A program made the position numbers and the translations under genes. Below, piece after piece: positions 38,324 to 48,547 of a stretch of 64,000 nucleotides of DNA (position 1 is the first letter of the stretch; every line of letters begins with the position of its first letter). The notes under the pieces were generated by a model that was given only the letters and a program-made list of their open reading frames with translations, was not told the origin of the DNA and made no database searches. Origin of the DNA: a virus (lineage: Duplodnaviria > Caudoviricetes); the IMG/VR virus record IMGVR_UViG_3300032312_001422, positions 96,001-160,000 of that record. One strand, 5' to 3'.

Positions 38324-38584
38324 ATGTCAACACGCATGTTTAGCAATGAGCAAAAAGCCAAGCTCACCCAAATCATCAACGAAGGTATGGCTGTGCTACA
38401 AGAAATTGAAGATTTAAACGCTGGCTTAAATGATACAGTTAAAGCCATTGCAGAAGAAATGGAAATCAAGCCGGCTATCCTAAAGAAAGCTATCAAGATT
38501 GCCCAGAAATCCAAACTAGGTGAAACCAACAACGATCACGAAGAATTGAACACAATTCTTGAAACTGTGGGCAAAACACTTTAA
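38324..38584 (+). CDS. T4 DsbA/GapR-like double-stranded DNA-binding protein
   Basis: LTQIINEG...EIEDLN..LNDTVKAIAEEMEIKPAILKKAIKI pattern. Confidence 0.65.
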   Translation: MSTRMFSNEQKAKLTQIINEGMAVLQEIEDLNAGLNDTVKAIAEEMEIKPAILKKAIKIAQKSKLGETNNDHEELNTILETVGKTL

Positions 38585-38889
38585 TGTTTCCGTTCGGCGA
38601 CTGGCTCTATGCTACCTGGGGATATATCAAGCGAGATTACACAGAATGGCCTTTACGATTCTGTGCAGAAGTGTTTGCCTGGGCATGCAGTTTAGTCAGT
38701 GCTGTTATATTTGCATATAGCGTACCACACATACCAGTAATCCCGCTTTACAGCATTTTTATTGCTGGTTGCTTGGCCAGTGCATGGACCTGTTGGACCC
38801 GGGGCAGTTTTGGATTGTTGGCCAATTACATTTGTTTAATCACCATTGACGCTGTGGGATTGATTAGATTTATTGTTAAAACCATGTAG
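38584..38889 (+). CDS. Small multi-pass membrane protein
   Basis: Three hydrophobic segments in 101 aa. Confidence 0.7.
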   Translation: MFPFGDWLYATWGYIKRDYTEWPLRFCAEVFAWACSLVSAVIFAYSVPHIPVIPLYSIFIAGCLASAWTCWTRGSFGLLANYICLITIDAVGLIRFIVKTM

Positions 38890-38897
38890 TTTGGTCA

Positions 38898-39428
38898 ATG
38901 TTACATCAAGTGTTTGCTGATTGGGTGTACGAACATCAAGATCAAGATTTTGTAAACTATGCACAGTCTTGGTTTGATGGTTCAGCAGATTTAAATTGGA
39001 CTAATGAATTACGCAGTTTAAGAAATGCTAACAACATTGATCAAATAGATCAACTGTGTCAAACTGTGCCGGATCACGCATTTGTAAATTTTATCAATGC
39101 ACACGCCGACATATTTCTACAACAACAATACAATGATTTTTCCCAACGGTCGGTGCTGATTGGCATCTGGCCGTTTGCCATGACCACTGAGTTGTGTCAT
39201 GCTCTGCACCGGCATGATGAGTGCCACTTCAGCGGTACTTACTATGTAGAAATTCCTGCGGGATCTGGACCTATACAATTTCACAATGATACCAAAATCC
39301 AGACCATAAATCCCACGGCAGGTATGCTTTTAATTTGGCCCAGTCATATGCGTCATTCGGTTCCAAAAAGAGAGTTTGTTGGCACACGACGGGCAATTTC
39401 TTTTGATATTGCTCTTGCTAAACGCTAA
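38898..39428 (+). CDS. Putative 2OG-Fe(II) oxygenase
   Basis: HRHDECHFSGTYYV, P.AGMLLIWPSHMRHSV, RRAISF. Confidence 0.75.
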   Translation: MLHQVFADWVYEHQDQDFVNYAQSWFDGSADLNWTNELRSLRNANNIDQIDQLCQTVPDHAFVNFINAHADIFLQQQYNDFSQRSVLIGIWPFAMTTELCHALHRHDECHFSGTYYVEIPAGSGPIQFHNDTKIQTINPTAGMLLIWPSHMRHSVPKREFVGTRRAISFDIALAKR

Positions 39429-39443
39429 GTAAGATAGTATAAT
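39415..39443 (+). promoter_or_regulatory. Sigma70-like promoter TTGCTA-N17-TATAAT for the DNA polymerase operon
   Basis: -35 at 39415-39420, -10 at 39438-39443; TAAGTA nested at 39426-39431. Confidence 0.6.
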
Positions 39444-39512
39444 ATACAGAGTCGCTGACTTAATCAGCATGTAGAGCAAGTGTTGGCTCAAAGCAACACA
39501 CATTGGAGAGTT

Positions 39513-42173
39513 ATGAGTTATATAGATGCATTGTTTGATCGCGACAAAGATCGCATACACGTGGTAGAACGTGTGAATGGAGAACGTGTTTACACAGAGT
39601 ATCCGGCCAACTATGTATTCTACTACGACGATCCCAGAGGTAAATTTCGCACAATCTTTGACACACCTGTCACACGCTTTGCCACACGCAACGGCAAAGA
39701 GTTCCACAAAGAACAACGAGTCAATGGCAACAAACGCTTGTGGGAAAGTGATATCAATCCCATCTTCCGTTGCCTTGAAGAAAACTACCTAGGCGTAGAC
39801 TCGCCCAAACTACAAACAGCCTTTTTTGATATTGAAGTGGACTTTGATCCACTGAGAGGCTATTCAAAACCCGAAGATCCCTTTAATGCTATCACTGCTA
39901 TTTCAGTCTACATGGACTGGATGGACAAGATGGTCACGCTGGTGGTTCCACCCAAGAGTTATTCGTGGGAAACCGCACAGGAGATTTGCAACCAATACGA
40001 CAACTGCTTCTTGTTTGAACGAGAAGAGGACATGCTGAACACATTCCTTGACTTGATTGAAGATGCAGATATCCTGTCAGGTTGGAACAGTGAAGGCTTT
40101 GATATTCCCTACACTACCATGCGTATCACCAGAGTGCTGAGCAAGGATGACACACGTAGGTTATGCCTGTGGGGACAACTGCCCAAGCAACGTGTGTTTG
40201 AACGATTTGGTGCAGAGAACTTGACATTTGACCTGTTGGGTCGTGTTCACCTAGACTACATGCAACTGTATCGCAAGTACACTTATGAAGAACGTCACAG
40301 TTACAGTTTAGATGCCATTGCCGAATACGAACTGGGTGAACGCAAAACACAGTACGAAGGTACCCTGGATCAACTGTACAACAAAGACTTTCCCAAGTTT
40401 ATTGACTATAATCGTCAAGACACAATGATTCTTGCCAAGATGGATAAAAAGTTACGCTTTTTAGATCTTGCCAATGAACTGGCACACGATAATACTGTAT
40501 TGCTACAAACCACCATGGGTGCTGTGGCAGTTACAGAACAGGCCATTATCAATGAAGCTCACAGTCGTGGGCTAGTAGTACCTAACAGGAGAAGTAGAGA
40601 TGATCAAGGAGACACGCAAGCGGCAGGTGCCTACGTTGCTTACCCCAAAAAAGGCATGCACGAATACATCGGGGCAATCGACCTCAACAGTCTCTACCCG
40701 TCAGCGATCCGTGCTCTTAACATGGGGCCAGAAACAGTTGTTGGTCAGTTAAGAACTGTAATGACCGACCACTACATCCAAGAAAAGATGACCAGTGGAA
40801 GCAGTTTTGCTGATGCATGGGAAAACATGTTTGGTACCTTGGAGTATCAAGCGGTAATGAACATGGAGCCGGGCACAGAGATTACTGTAGACTGGGAAAG
40901 TGGTGGTTCGGATGTGATGAGTGCCGCAGATGTATGGCGCTTGATATTTGACAGTCGTCAGCCATGGACACTCAGTGCCAACGGCACAATATTTAAATAT
41001 AACGTCAAGGGCATTATCCCTGGCTTATTGGAGAGATGGTATGCTGAACGTAAGGAAATGCAAGCTAAAAAGAAAACCGCAACATCTGAGGAAGATGAAG
41101 CGTTCTGGGACAAAAGACAGCTGGTCAAAAAGATCAACCTTAACTCACTTTACGGTGCGATCCTCAACCCGGGTTGCCGTTTCTTTGACCAACGCATTGG
41201 CCAGAGTACGACGCTTACGGGCCGTATTATTGCCAAGCACATGGACGCACACGTTAACGAAGCTATTACCGGCCAGTATGACCACGTGGGGGCGAGCATC
41301 ATCTACGGCGACACGGACTCGGTCTATTTCTCAGCCTGGCCGCAAATCAAAGAGGAAGTAGCCGCGGGTCGCATGGAGTGGAACAGAGAAATCTGTGTAC
41401 AGTTATATGATACCATTGCCGAAAGTGTAAATGCCAGTTTCCCTGCGTTTATGGAACGTGCTTGTCATTGTCCAAGAGAGATGGGTAGTATTATTGCAGC
41501 CGGTCGTGAACTTATTGCATCAAAAGGCCTGTTTATCAAGAAGAAACGCTATGGTGTATTAATATTCGACATGGAAGGTGTGCGACTAGACACACACGGC
41601 AAGCCAGGCAAGATGAAGGCTATGGGCTTGGACTTGAAGCGGTCAGATACACCCAAGGTGGTACAGGACTTCTTGAGCGAATTGTTGATGGATGTGCTGA
41701 CAGGCGCCGGTCGAGAAGCAGTGATTGAAAAAGTCAAAGAATTTAAATTAATTTTTGCTACTAGGCCAGCCTGGGAAAAAGGTACTCCCAAACGTGTCAA
41801 CAACTTGACCAAGTATGCAGCCGAAGAAGCACGTCTAGGCAAAGCCAACATGCCCGGTCACGTTAGAGCTGCAATGAACTGGAACAACCTAAAGCGTATG
41901 CATGGCGACAACTACTCTACAACCATTGTAGATGGCATGAAAACCATTGTGTGTAAACTCAAAGACAATCCAGTAGGATATACTTCAGTTGGTTATCCCA
42001 CTGATGAAACTCATATTCCGCAATGGTTCAAAGACTTGCCGTTCGACGACAGCACAATGGAATCAACTATTGTAGATCAAAAAGTAGAAAACTTGTTGGG
42101 TGTACTAGAGTGGCGCATTGCCGAAAGCACAGATATTAAAACAACATTTGATGATTTGTTTAGTTTTGAATAA
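39513..42173 (+). CDS. Family B DNA polymerase (T4 gp43-like) with 3'-5' exonuclease
   Basis: FFDIEVD, SGWNSEGFDIPY, YNRQD, IDLNSLYPS, KINLNSLYG, YGDTDS, KKRY; GGAG SD before ATG 39513. Confidence 0.97.
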   Translation: MSYIDALFDRDKDRIHVVERVNGERVYTEYPANYVFYYDDPRGKFRTIFDTPVTRFATRNGKEFHKEQRVNGNKRLWESDINPIFRCLEENYLGVDSPKLQTAFFDIEVDFDPLRGYSKPEDPFNAITAISVYMDWMDKMVTLVVPPKSYSWETAQEICNQYDNCFLFEREEDMLNTFLDLIEDADILSGWNSEGFDIPYTTMRITRVLSKDDTRRLCLWGQLPKQRVFERFGAENLTFDLLGRVHLDYMQLYRKYTYEERHSYSLDAIAEYELGERKTQYEGTLDQLYNKDFPKFIDYNRQDTMILAKMDKKLRFLDLANELAHDNTVLLQTTMGAVAVTEQAIINEAHSRGLVVPNRRSRDDQGDTQAAGAYVAYPKKGMHEYIGAIDLNSLYPSAIRALNMGPETVVGQLRTVMTDHYIQEKMTSGSSFADAWENMFGTLEYQAVMNMEPGTEITVDWESGGSDVMSAADVWRLIFDSRQPWTLSANGTIFKYNVKGIIPGLLERWYAERKEMQAKKKTATSEEDEAFWDKRQLVKKINLNSLYGAILNPGCRFFDQRIGQSTTLTGRIIAKHMDAHVNEAITGQYDHVGASIIYGDTDSVYFSAWPQIKEEVAAGRMEWNREICVQLYDTIAESVNASFPAFMERACHCPREMGSIIAAGRELIASKGLFIKKKRYGVLIFDMEGVRLDTHGKPGKMKAMGLDLKRSDTPKVVQDFLSELLMDVLTGAGREAVIEKVKEFKLIFATRPAWEKGTPKRVNNLTKYAAEEARLGKANMPGHVRAAMNWNNLKRMHGDNYSTTIVDGMKTIVCKLKDNPVGYTSVGYPTDETHIPQWFKDLPFDDSTMESTIVDQKVENLLGVLEWRIAESTDIKTTFDDLFSFE

Positions 42174-43123
42174 TGAAAAAATTAACTGAACTTGTTCGAA
42201 TTCGAGAACTGTTAAAAACAGAGTACACACCTCAGGATATCACGTTGGGTATCAACAGTTTGGAAAATCGCATCAGTGCCATTGCTAACGAAACGCCCTT
42301 GACAGATGTGCAGTTTGAAATTAATCAATTGACCGGAGATTTTGCTAGATTACATTCGGATTTACAATTTAGTCAATCGCGATTTGATCTTATCATTGAT
42401 AAAATAAATCAACAGATACAGGCAGAGGCAGCTCATTTGTTTACCAACAACTACGAATTAGAATTACGTGTAGAAGAAGAAGCAGTAAGCAATATACGAA
42501 AAGTTCGTGTGCTGGAGTTATCCGATTCTTTACAAACAGAAATCCATAATCGCATACAATTAAATACCAATTGGAAATATCCAGCACTGGAAATTGGGTG
42601 TCGAGATGGTGAATGGACCAAACACATTGTGGCCGCTGATCCTTTGTACGTTACTGATCACTACAGAGATTTTTTACAATCCACTGCTGGCCAGTTTCCA
42701 GATGAGTATCAACGCAGACTAAGACCATATCTTGTCAAAGATACCAATTTTGATGTGTTACCTCAGGGACAATTTGGATTTGTATTTTGTTGGAATTTTC
42801 TAAACTATCGCAGTCTTGATACCATAAAAGAATATCTTAAATCAGTCAAGGAACTGTTACGACCCGGCGGTGTGTTTATGTTCAGCTACAACAATGGTGA
42901 CATAACCGAATCAGCCGGTTATGCAGAAGGCTTTTGGATGACTTACATGCCAAAAAGCATGTTGATACCCATGTGCGAAAGTTTAGGTTTTGAAGTGCAC
43001 CATGACAGAGACGTTCGTGGCCAAGGCACTACAGTCAGCTGGCTTGAACTCAAACGACCTGGCACATTAGAAACGGTCAAAGCACATCAGGTATTAGGCG
43101 AAATAAAAAGACGAGACCATTGA
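42173..43123 (+). CDS. Class I SAM-dependent methyltransferase with N-terminal coiled coil
   Basis: ALEIGCRDGEW; FGFVFCWNFLNY; LLRPGGVFMF. Confidence 0.8.
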   Translation: MKKLTELVRIRELLKTEYTPQDITLGINSLENRISAIANETPLTDVQFEINQLTGDFARLHSDLQFSQSRFDLIIDKINQQIQAEAAHLFTNNYELELRVEEEAVSNIRKVRVLELSDSLQTEIHNRIQLNTNWKYPALEIGCRDGEWTKHIVAADPLYVTDHYRDFLQSTAGQFPDEYQRRLRPYLVKDTNFDVLPQGQFGFVFCWNFLNYRSLDTIKEYLKSVKELLRPGGVFMFSYNNGDITESAGYAEGFWMTYMPKSMLIPMCESLGFEVHHDRDVRGQGTTVSWLELKRPGTLETVKAHQVLGEIKRRDH

Positions 43124-43148
43124 CTTTTTCTAAATACTACTATACAAT
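43120..43148 (+). promoter_or_regulatory. Sigma70-like promoter TTGACT-N17-TACAAT with nested TAAATA
   Basis: Upstream of GGAG and ATG 43173. Confidence 0.6.
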
Positions 43149-43172
43149 TACTACACTTACGGAGAATAAAAA

Positions 43173-43907
43173 ATGTTTGATCACTTAAAAGATATTGTAC
43201 AACACACTTATGGCTTGGGCGTTATTAGCATGATTAAGGTCACAGGCGATGCTAACGGCACAGCCATTAATGCTTTTGACCAAGCTACCAAAACAGTGGT
43301 GCTGAATGCAGAATTCAAAGCACCCGTTGCCGAATTCCAAGGCGTGTTTGGTATGCCAAACTTGGATAGACTTAATACTATCCTTAACATTCCTGAATAC
43401 AAGGAAGGCGCAAAAATCACAGTAGCAAGTCAGAAAGATGCAGAAGGCACAGATGTTCCTTCCAGCATCAATTTTGAAAACAAGGGTGGCGACTTTAAAA
43501 ACTCATATCGCTTTATGAGCACAGCAGTCATTAACGATCAATTGAAGAACGTTAAGATGAAACCAGTCAAGTGGGGTGTGGAAATAGCACCCACAGCACT
43601 GAGCATCCAGAAACTAAAGTTTCAAGCAATGGCACACTCAGATGCTACAACATTTTCAAGCAAAACAGAAAATGGCGAACTAAAGTTTTTCTTTGGTGAA
43701 GCCAGCAGTCACGCAGGGTCATTTACGTTTGCTACAACCTCAGGTTCATTGAGCAAACAGTTGAACTGGCCAGTGGCTGTAGTTAACAGTATTTTGAGCT
43801 TGCCCGGAGACAAGACATTCAAGATCTCAGATGATGGTGTTGCTGAAATTACTGTAGACTCTGGTCTAGCTGTTTATCACTACATGTTGCCAGCACAAAC
43901 CAAGTAA
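43173..43907 (+). CDS. Probable sliding clamp (T4 gp45-like processivity factor)
   Basis: 244 aa, alternating beta/alpha two-domain pattern, near PolB, clamp loader present; no decisive motif. Confidence 0.55.
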   Translation: MFDHLKDIVQHTYGLGVISMIKVTGDANGTAINAFDQATKTVVLNAEFKAPVAEFQGVFGMPNLDRLNTILNIPEYKEGAKITVASQKDAEGTDVPSSINFENKGGDFKNSYRFMSTAVINDQLKNVKMKPVKWGVEIAPTALSIQKLKFQAMAHSDATTFSSKTENGELKFFFGEASSHAGSFTFATTSGSLSKQLNWPVAVVNSILSLPGDKTFKISDDGVAEITVDSGLAVYHYMLPAQTK

Positions 43908-44557
43908 TGAAAGAAGCAGTTAGACACGGATACTTAGCAGGCGGTGGATTGCGTAGCCCAGATAAAAAACACTTTTATTTGAACATTCCCAAAAACGCCA
44001 GCACGTACCTGTCTAACACACTACTGGCCAATGGATGGCATTATCATACCTTGGGTGATGACAGTGACAAAATTACTCATGCCATGGTTGTGTTAAAAGA
44101 TCCAGTAGATCGTTGGGTCAGCGGAGTTGGTACATATATTAGCAGTTGGATATTAGGGCCAGGTTACGGCAGTGATCACTTTGTTGAAAATTATAATAAT
44201 TTATCCGAACGGCTGTTGTTTGAAACCTTGATACTGGATGACCATACTACACCACAGATTGCATATATCAACCAACTTGAACAACTATTACCAGGCGTAC
44301 CTGTTACATATTTTAAATTAGATCAATTTGTTGTTGACAATATGAGTGTTTGTATATCACAGTTATTGGACGTGCCCGCAGTTGAGTCAAACATTTCTGA
44401 GGATCATTATGATCAGCAAGTCGTAGTTAATTTTATAAAAAAACGAATACTAGCCGACTTTACATTAAAGGCCAAGGTAGTTGCTAGATTTCAAGAGGAC
44501 TACGATTTTATTAACCAAACACAATTTTACTATGAGCCAAGACAACTTAACCGCTAA
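43907..44557 (+). CDS. Sulfotransferase family protein
   Basis: YLNIPKNASTYL (5'-PSB loop-like) and VLKDPVDRWVSG (3'-PB-like). Confidence 0.65.
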   Translation: MKEAVRHGYLAGGGLRSPDKKHFYLNIPKNASTYLSNTLLANGWHYHTLGDDSDKITHAMVVLKDPVDRWVSGVGTYISSWILGPGYGSDHFVENYNNLSERLLFETLILDDHTTPQIAYINQLEQLLPGVPVTYFKLDQFVVDNMSVCISQLLDVPAVESNISEDHYDQQVVVNFIKKRILADFTLKAKVVARFQEDYDFINQTQFYYEPRQLNR

Positions 44558-46097
44558 ACAATCAGACTATGCTGTGTTCCTTCCGGCCATCTCGGGCTTC
44601 TATGCCACATTCATAGGTAAGCAACGTGATCCGGTAGCAGGTCCTTATGTAGACCCGGCTAGATTCCCACAGGGCATAACAGATATGGAACAACTCAACT
44701 GGTTGAATGACCAGAAGGGCATGTTCCCATACAAGTGGTCGCTTTACTCCGGTGGCCACGCAAACCTTGATCTCGCCAAGCAGGACTGGAGCGAGGACAT
44801 GGTTCGCAATCGCGACCCAAACACACTAGTACTAGGTGACTCTGGTGGATTCCAGATTGCCAAAGGACTATGGGAAGGCGATTGGAAGGCCAATTCAGGA
44901 TGTCCCAAAGCACAGAAAAAACGAGAACAGGTTTTGGCGTGGCTTGACGGCATTGCTGACTACGGTATGACCCTTGATATTCCAACCTGGGTTGCACTAG
45001 ATAAAGAAGCAGGTAAGAAATGTGGTATTAGTACGCACCAGGAAGCTGTTGATGCTACCAAATATAACAATGATTACTTTATGGACAATCGTAAAGGTAT
45101 CAAGAACGGTGGCGTTAAGATTTTAAATGTATTACAAGGCGCCAACCACATTGAGGCTGACGATTGGTACGAAACCATGAAACACTATTGTGATCCTGTG
45201 CAACATCCAGACACACACTTTAACGGATGGGCCATGGGTGGACAAAACATGTGTGACGTGGAATTGATTCTCAGACGTTTAGTTACTCTACGTTATGACA
45301 ACTTGTTACAAGAAGGTGTTCACGATTGGATGCATTTCTTGGGCACAAGCAAACTAGAGTGGGCAGTACTGTTAACTGTGATACAACGAAACGTTAGAAA
45401 GTATGTAAATCCTAGTTTCACTATCAGCTTTGATTGTGCTAGTCCATTCCTTGCTACAGCCAACGGACAGGTATACTTTGAAAATGTGTTTCCCGACAAC
45501 GGCAAGTGGTCATACAGGATGGCTCCTAGTGCAGATGACAAAAAGTACGCAACAGACACACGCAAGTGGAGTGACGGAGTGGTAGCGGATGGCAAGTATC
45601 CACGTTGGGAAGACAGTCCACTTAGTAACTTGTTTAAAATGAAAGACATTTGCTACTACAAACCAGGCGATGTAAACAAGAATGGCAAAGAAGGCAAAAC
45701 GTCATGGGATAGTTTTAGTTACGCATTGTTAATGGGTCATAATGTATGGATGCATTTGACAGCGGTACAAGAAGCCAATCGTAGATTTGATGCCGGTGCT
45801 CATCCTGCCATGATGCGTAGCTCAGGCCCGGGTGGTGAATATTTTGAAGACATCGTAGAAGCAATCTTTGCTGCCCCAGATAAAGCAACATCGATGGAGA
45901 TCATTGATATGTATAAAGGAGATACCGGGTATTGGTGTGAAATTGTTGGTACTAGAGGATTCAAAGGCAAGAAAGCTGTTAACGGTAGTGCCAATTTTAG
46001 TAAATTGTTTTATTTTGAAGATGATGTAGAAATTGTAGAAGAAACAACAGAACAAGAATTTGATCAAACTAAACTAGACGCACTGGAGGCAGAATGA
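44532..46097 (+). CDS. tRNA-guanine transglycosylase-like protein (DpdA-type DNA deazaguanine transglycosylase candidate)
   Basis: GDSGGFQ, MTLDIP, VLQG, GWAMGG, HFLG, SFDCASP and GHNV match TGT catalytic motifs; start moved to ATG 44532. Confidence 0.8.
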   Translation: MSQDNLTAKQSDYAVFLPAISGFYATFIGKQRDPVAGPYVDPARFPQGITDMEQLNWLNDQKGMFPYKWSLYSGGHANLDLAKQDWSEDMVRNRDPNTLVLGDSGGFQIAKGLWEGDWKANSGCPKAQKKREQVLAWLDGIADYGMTLDIPTWVALDKEAGKKCGISTHQEAVDATKYNNDYFMDNRKGIKNGGVKILNVLQGANHIEADDWYETMKHYCDPVQHPDTHFNGWAMGGQNMCDVELILRRLVTLRYDNLLQEGVHDWMHFLGTSKLEWAVLLTVIQRNVRKYVNPSFTISFDCASPFLATANGQVYFENVFPDNGKWSYRMAPSADDKKYATDTRKWSDGVVADGKYPRWEDSPLSNLFKMKDICYYKPGDVNKNGKEGKTSWDSFSYALLMGHNVWMHLTAVQEANRRFDAGAHPAMMRSSGPGGEYFEDIVEAIFAAPDKATSMEIIDMYKGDTGYWCEIVGTRGFKGKKAVNGSANFSKLFYFEDDVEIVEETTEQEFDQTKLDALEAE

Positions 46098-46609
46098 ACA
46101 GAGCAGGACACGAACAAGTAAATTTCTTTGTTGGCCGGGAAGTAGAGCATAGCCCGGCATTTGGACATAAAACTTTATTTGTAGTTGGTATTCAGTCTAC
46201 TGATGTTATTCTAAACACGGCCAAGAATAACAACTGCTCACACGTTTATTTTGGCGCAAACCAAAGTTTTCCTAATCCCAAAACCAACGATGGCGACACA
46301 TGGCGTGAATGGGAAGGTATGATTACCGGATGTTTACAACGAGGGATATTGTGTACCTTGGATTTGGACGTATCCAGTGTAGAAGGACTAGTTGAAGGTT
46401 GTTTAATTGAGTACAACAACTTTATCCCGATGATTTCGGTGAAATTGCCCTCTTTACAACTATTAGGATATAATGCTACAATAAAGCTCGACGACAAAGA
46501 CTTTGCGGCATCCAACCCCGGAGTATGGTGTCATCAGTTACATGATTTAAAGGACCGTAAAGTATTTACGGATTGGTCGAAGTACACACAAGACGAAGTT
46601 ATAAAATGA
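46094..46609 (+). CDS. Hypothetical protein coupled to the TGT-like gene
   Basis: ATGA overlaps at both ends. Confidence 0.75.
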   Translation: MNRAGHEQVNFFVGREVEHSPAFGHKTLFVVGIQSTDVILNTAKNNNCSHVYFGANQSFPNPKTNDGDTWREWEGMITGCLQRGILCTLDLDVSSVEGLVEGCLIEYNNFIPMISVKLPSLQLLGYNATIKLDDKDFAASNPGVWCHQLHDLKDRKVFTDWSKYTQDEVIK

Positions 46610-47070
46610 ACCAAGAACAAAGAGAAGTAGTTGAAAGAATTAAAACAGCCGCACATCGCCAGATCTGGGTCACCTTCCAAAAGGAAGGAATTCATTGCTA
46701 TCCGGCTGCAGGCACGGATCCGGCACTAGCAACAGGAGATGAATACGATGTATCGTTTCTTGCTAATCCTCATCGCCATATTTTCCATTTCAGGGTGTCA
46801 ATTGATGTCTTCCACAACGACAGAGATATTGAGTTCATCCAGTTCAAACGCTGGCTCGAGAATCTTTACAGTGGGACCGGTCCCTTTAATCAAGATCGAG
46901 TATTAGAATTAAACTATAAGAGTTGCGAAATGATCGCCGACGACTTGTATGTACAAATTGCTGCACGTTATCCAAATCGTGCTGTCTCAATTGAAGTGTC
47001 CGAGGACGGTGAAAACGGATGCTTAATCAATTATAACCTTACCCGTCCAAGTCAATCAATTGTAATCTAA
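46606..47070 (+). CDS. QueD-like T-fold protein, DpdL-like candidate
   Basis: FLANPHRHIFHF...DRDIEFI...SCEMIADDL; distinct from the canonical QueD at 58255; start moved to ATG 46606. Confidence 0.6.
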   Translation: MNQEQREVVERIKTAAHRQIWVTFQKEGIHCYPAAGTDPALATGDEYDVSFLANPHRHIFHFRVSIDVFHNDRDIEFIQFKRWLENLYSGTGPFNQDRVLELNYKSCEMIADDLYVQIAARYPNRAVSIEVSEDGENGCLINYNLTRPSQSIVI

Positions 47071-47081
47071 GGAGTATTAAA

Positions 47082-47342
47082 ATGGCCCAAGAATGGCTAA
47101 AGAAGTATCTTCGTTTCAAACCCGAAGTAGTAACCATCTTTGAAGATTTAGAACGCTATGAGCGTTTTTGTCGAGACTACGGTTATCCGTTTGACGAAAA
47201 AAATCTTTACAACGAACGCACTCCTTATGGTGAGTATATGAAGATGGTGCGTGGTCGCGAGCCTTGGGATCAGTGGCGTACTCCCAAGCGTGATCGTAAC
47301 ACGTTTAAACCACGTGATACAAATTGGAAACCCAGGGACTGA
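47082..47342 (+). CDS. Hypothetical protein
   Basis: AAGGAG SD, 86 aa. Confidence 0.7.
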   Translation: MAQEWLKKYLRFKPEVVTIFEDLERYERFCRDYGYPFDEKNLYNERTPYGEYMKMVRGREPWDQWRTPKRDRNTFKPRDTNWKPRD

Positions 47343-47356
47343 TGAGGCGTTATAAA

Positions 47357-48547
47357 ATGCGTAAATTATGGTACATGGGGTTGGAGCCCTACAAAGCAAG
47401 ATACACTTTGCAACTACAAGAGTGGAATCGTAGTGTATTTGAACGTCGCGGCATTGATTATGAAATTGTTGAAGGCGAAACACTTTCAAATGACCAAGCC
47501 ATTGTTACAGGACAAGTGCTAGACGCACATGGTCGTACATACTTTGGTATGAGTCAGTTGATGAATCTTGTACGCAAGATGAAACAAGGAGAAGTTACCA
47601 ATGAAGATGTTATCTACTTTGAAGACATGTTTCAACCCGGTATCGAGAGCTTGCCTTACATTATGGATCAAATCGATTCTGCTCATCGTCCTCGCATTGC
47701 CGTTCGTTGCCTTGCACAAAGTATTGACCCCGATGATTTTGTTCATGTGTGGGGTATGCAGAAGTGGATGGGACTTTATGAAAAAATGGTGGATAGTTTT
47801 GCGGATATTATTTTAGCCAGCAACGAAGAGATGGCCATGCACATGAAGGTGGCCGGATGGGAAGGCAACATCTATAATATTTCAGGATTGGCCTTTGGTA
47901 AAGCAGAAGTACGTGGCCGTGTGCCAGGAGAACTAAAGCCATTTCAGGATCGTCGGTATCGTGTGGGATTTGCTGCACGTTGGGATCAAGAAAAGCAACC
48001 AGACTTTTACATGGACTTTATCGAAGCCTGGCATGACAAGTACAAAGATAATTTTCCAATGAATACAGTAGAGTTCTGTATCTTTTCAGGTGCCAAACTA
48101 AAATCAAACAACGACAGCTACATGGCTCGTACAAGAGATTTACAGGCTCGTGGTTTACTAACAGTTTATGAGGACTTGGAAAAAAATGATTACTATGCTT
48201 TGCTTAATAATACTCGTGTATTGTTCAATTGTGCTCTTCAAGACTGGGTCAGCAACACAGTATCGGAGGCAGACACACTCGGCGCTAATGTGCTTTATCC
48301 TGCTTATCGCAGTTTCCCTGAAACTTTTGCTAACGATCATACACGCTTATACGTCCCTTGGTCAATAGACGATGCAATGACCAAGTTGTGGGGTGCGTTG
48401 CAATCACCAAGTCCTAACATGGGCAAGATCAGTGACTGGACAGATGGTTGTATTGATCGGGTTGTAGATATTTTAGAAGGTAAAGGAGAGCAGTGGCGTC
48501 GTATGAGCACTGATTATCGTAAACATACTCATGAAAGCAAATATTAA
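47357..48547 (+). CDS. GT-B glycosyltransferase
   Basis: VIYFED, FAARWDQEKQPDF, VSEADTLGANVLYPAYRSFPE fit the GT-B C-terminal pattern; start moved to ATG 47357. Confidence 0.7.
   Translation: MRKLWYMGLEPYKARYTLQLQEWNRSVFERRGIDYEIVEGETLSNDQAIVTGQVLDAHGRTYFGMSQLMNLVRKMKQGEVTNEDVIYFEDMFQPGIESLPYIMDQIDSAHRPRIAVRCLAQSIDPDDFVHVWGMQKWMGLYEKMVDSFADIILASNEEMAMHMKVAGWEGNIYNISGLAFGKAEVRGRVPGELKPFQDRRYRVGFAARWDQEKQPDFYMDFIEAWHDKYKDNFPMNTVEFCIFSGAKLKSNNDSYMARTRDLQARGLLTVYEDLEKNDYYALLNNTRVLFNCALQDWVSNTVSEADTLGANVLYPAYRSFPETFANDHTRLYVPWSIDDAMTKLWGALQSPSPNMGKISDWTDGCIDRVVDILEGKGEQWRRMSTDYRKHTHESKY

Noticed and set aside
39513-42173. Intein or intron in the DNA polymerase
   Set aside because: Continuous ~886-aa PolB with normally spaced motifs; no splice-junction or LAGLIDADG motifs.
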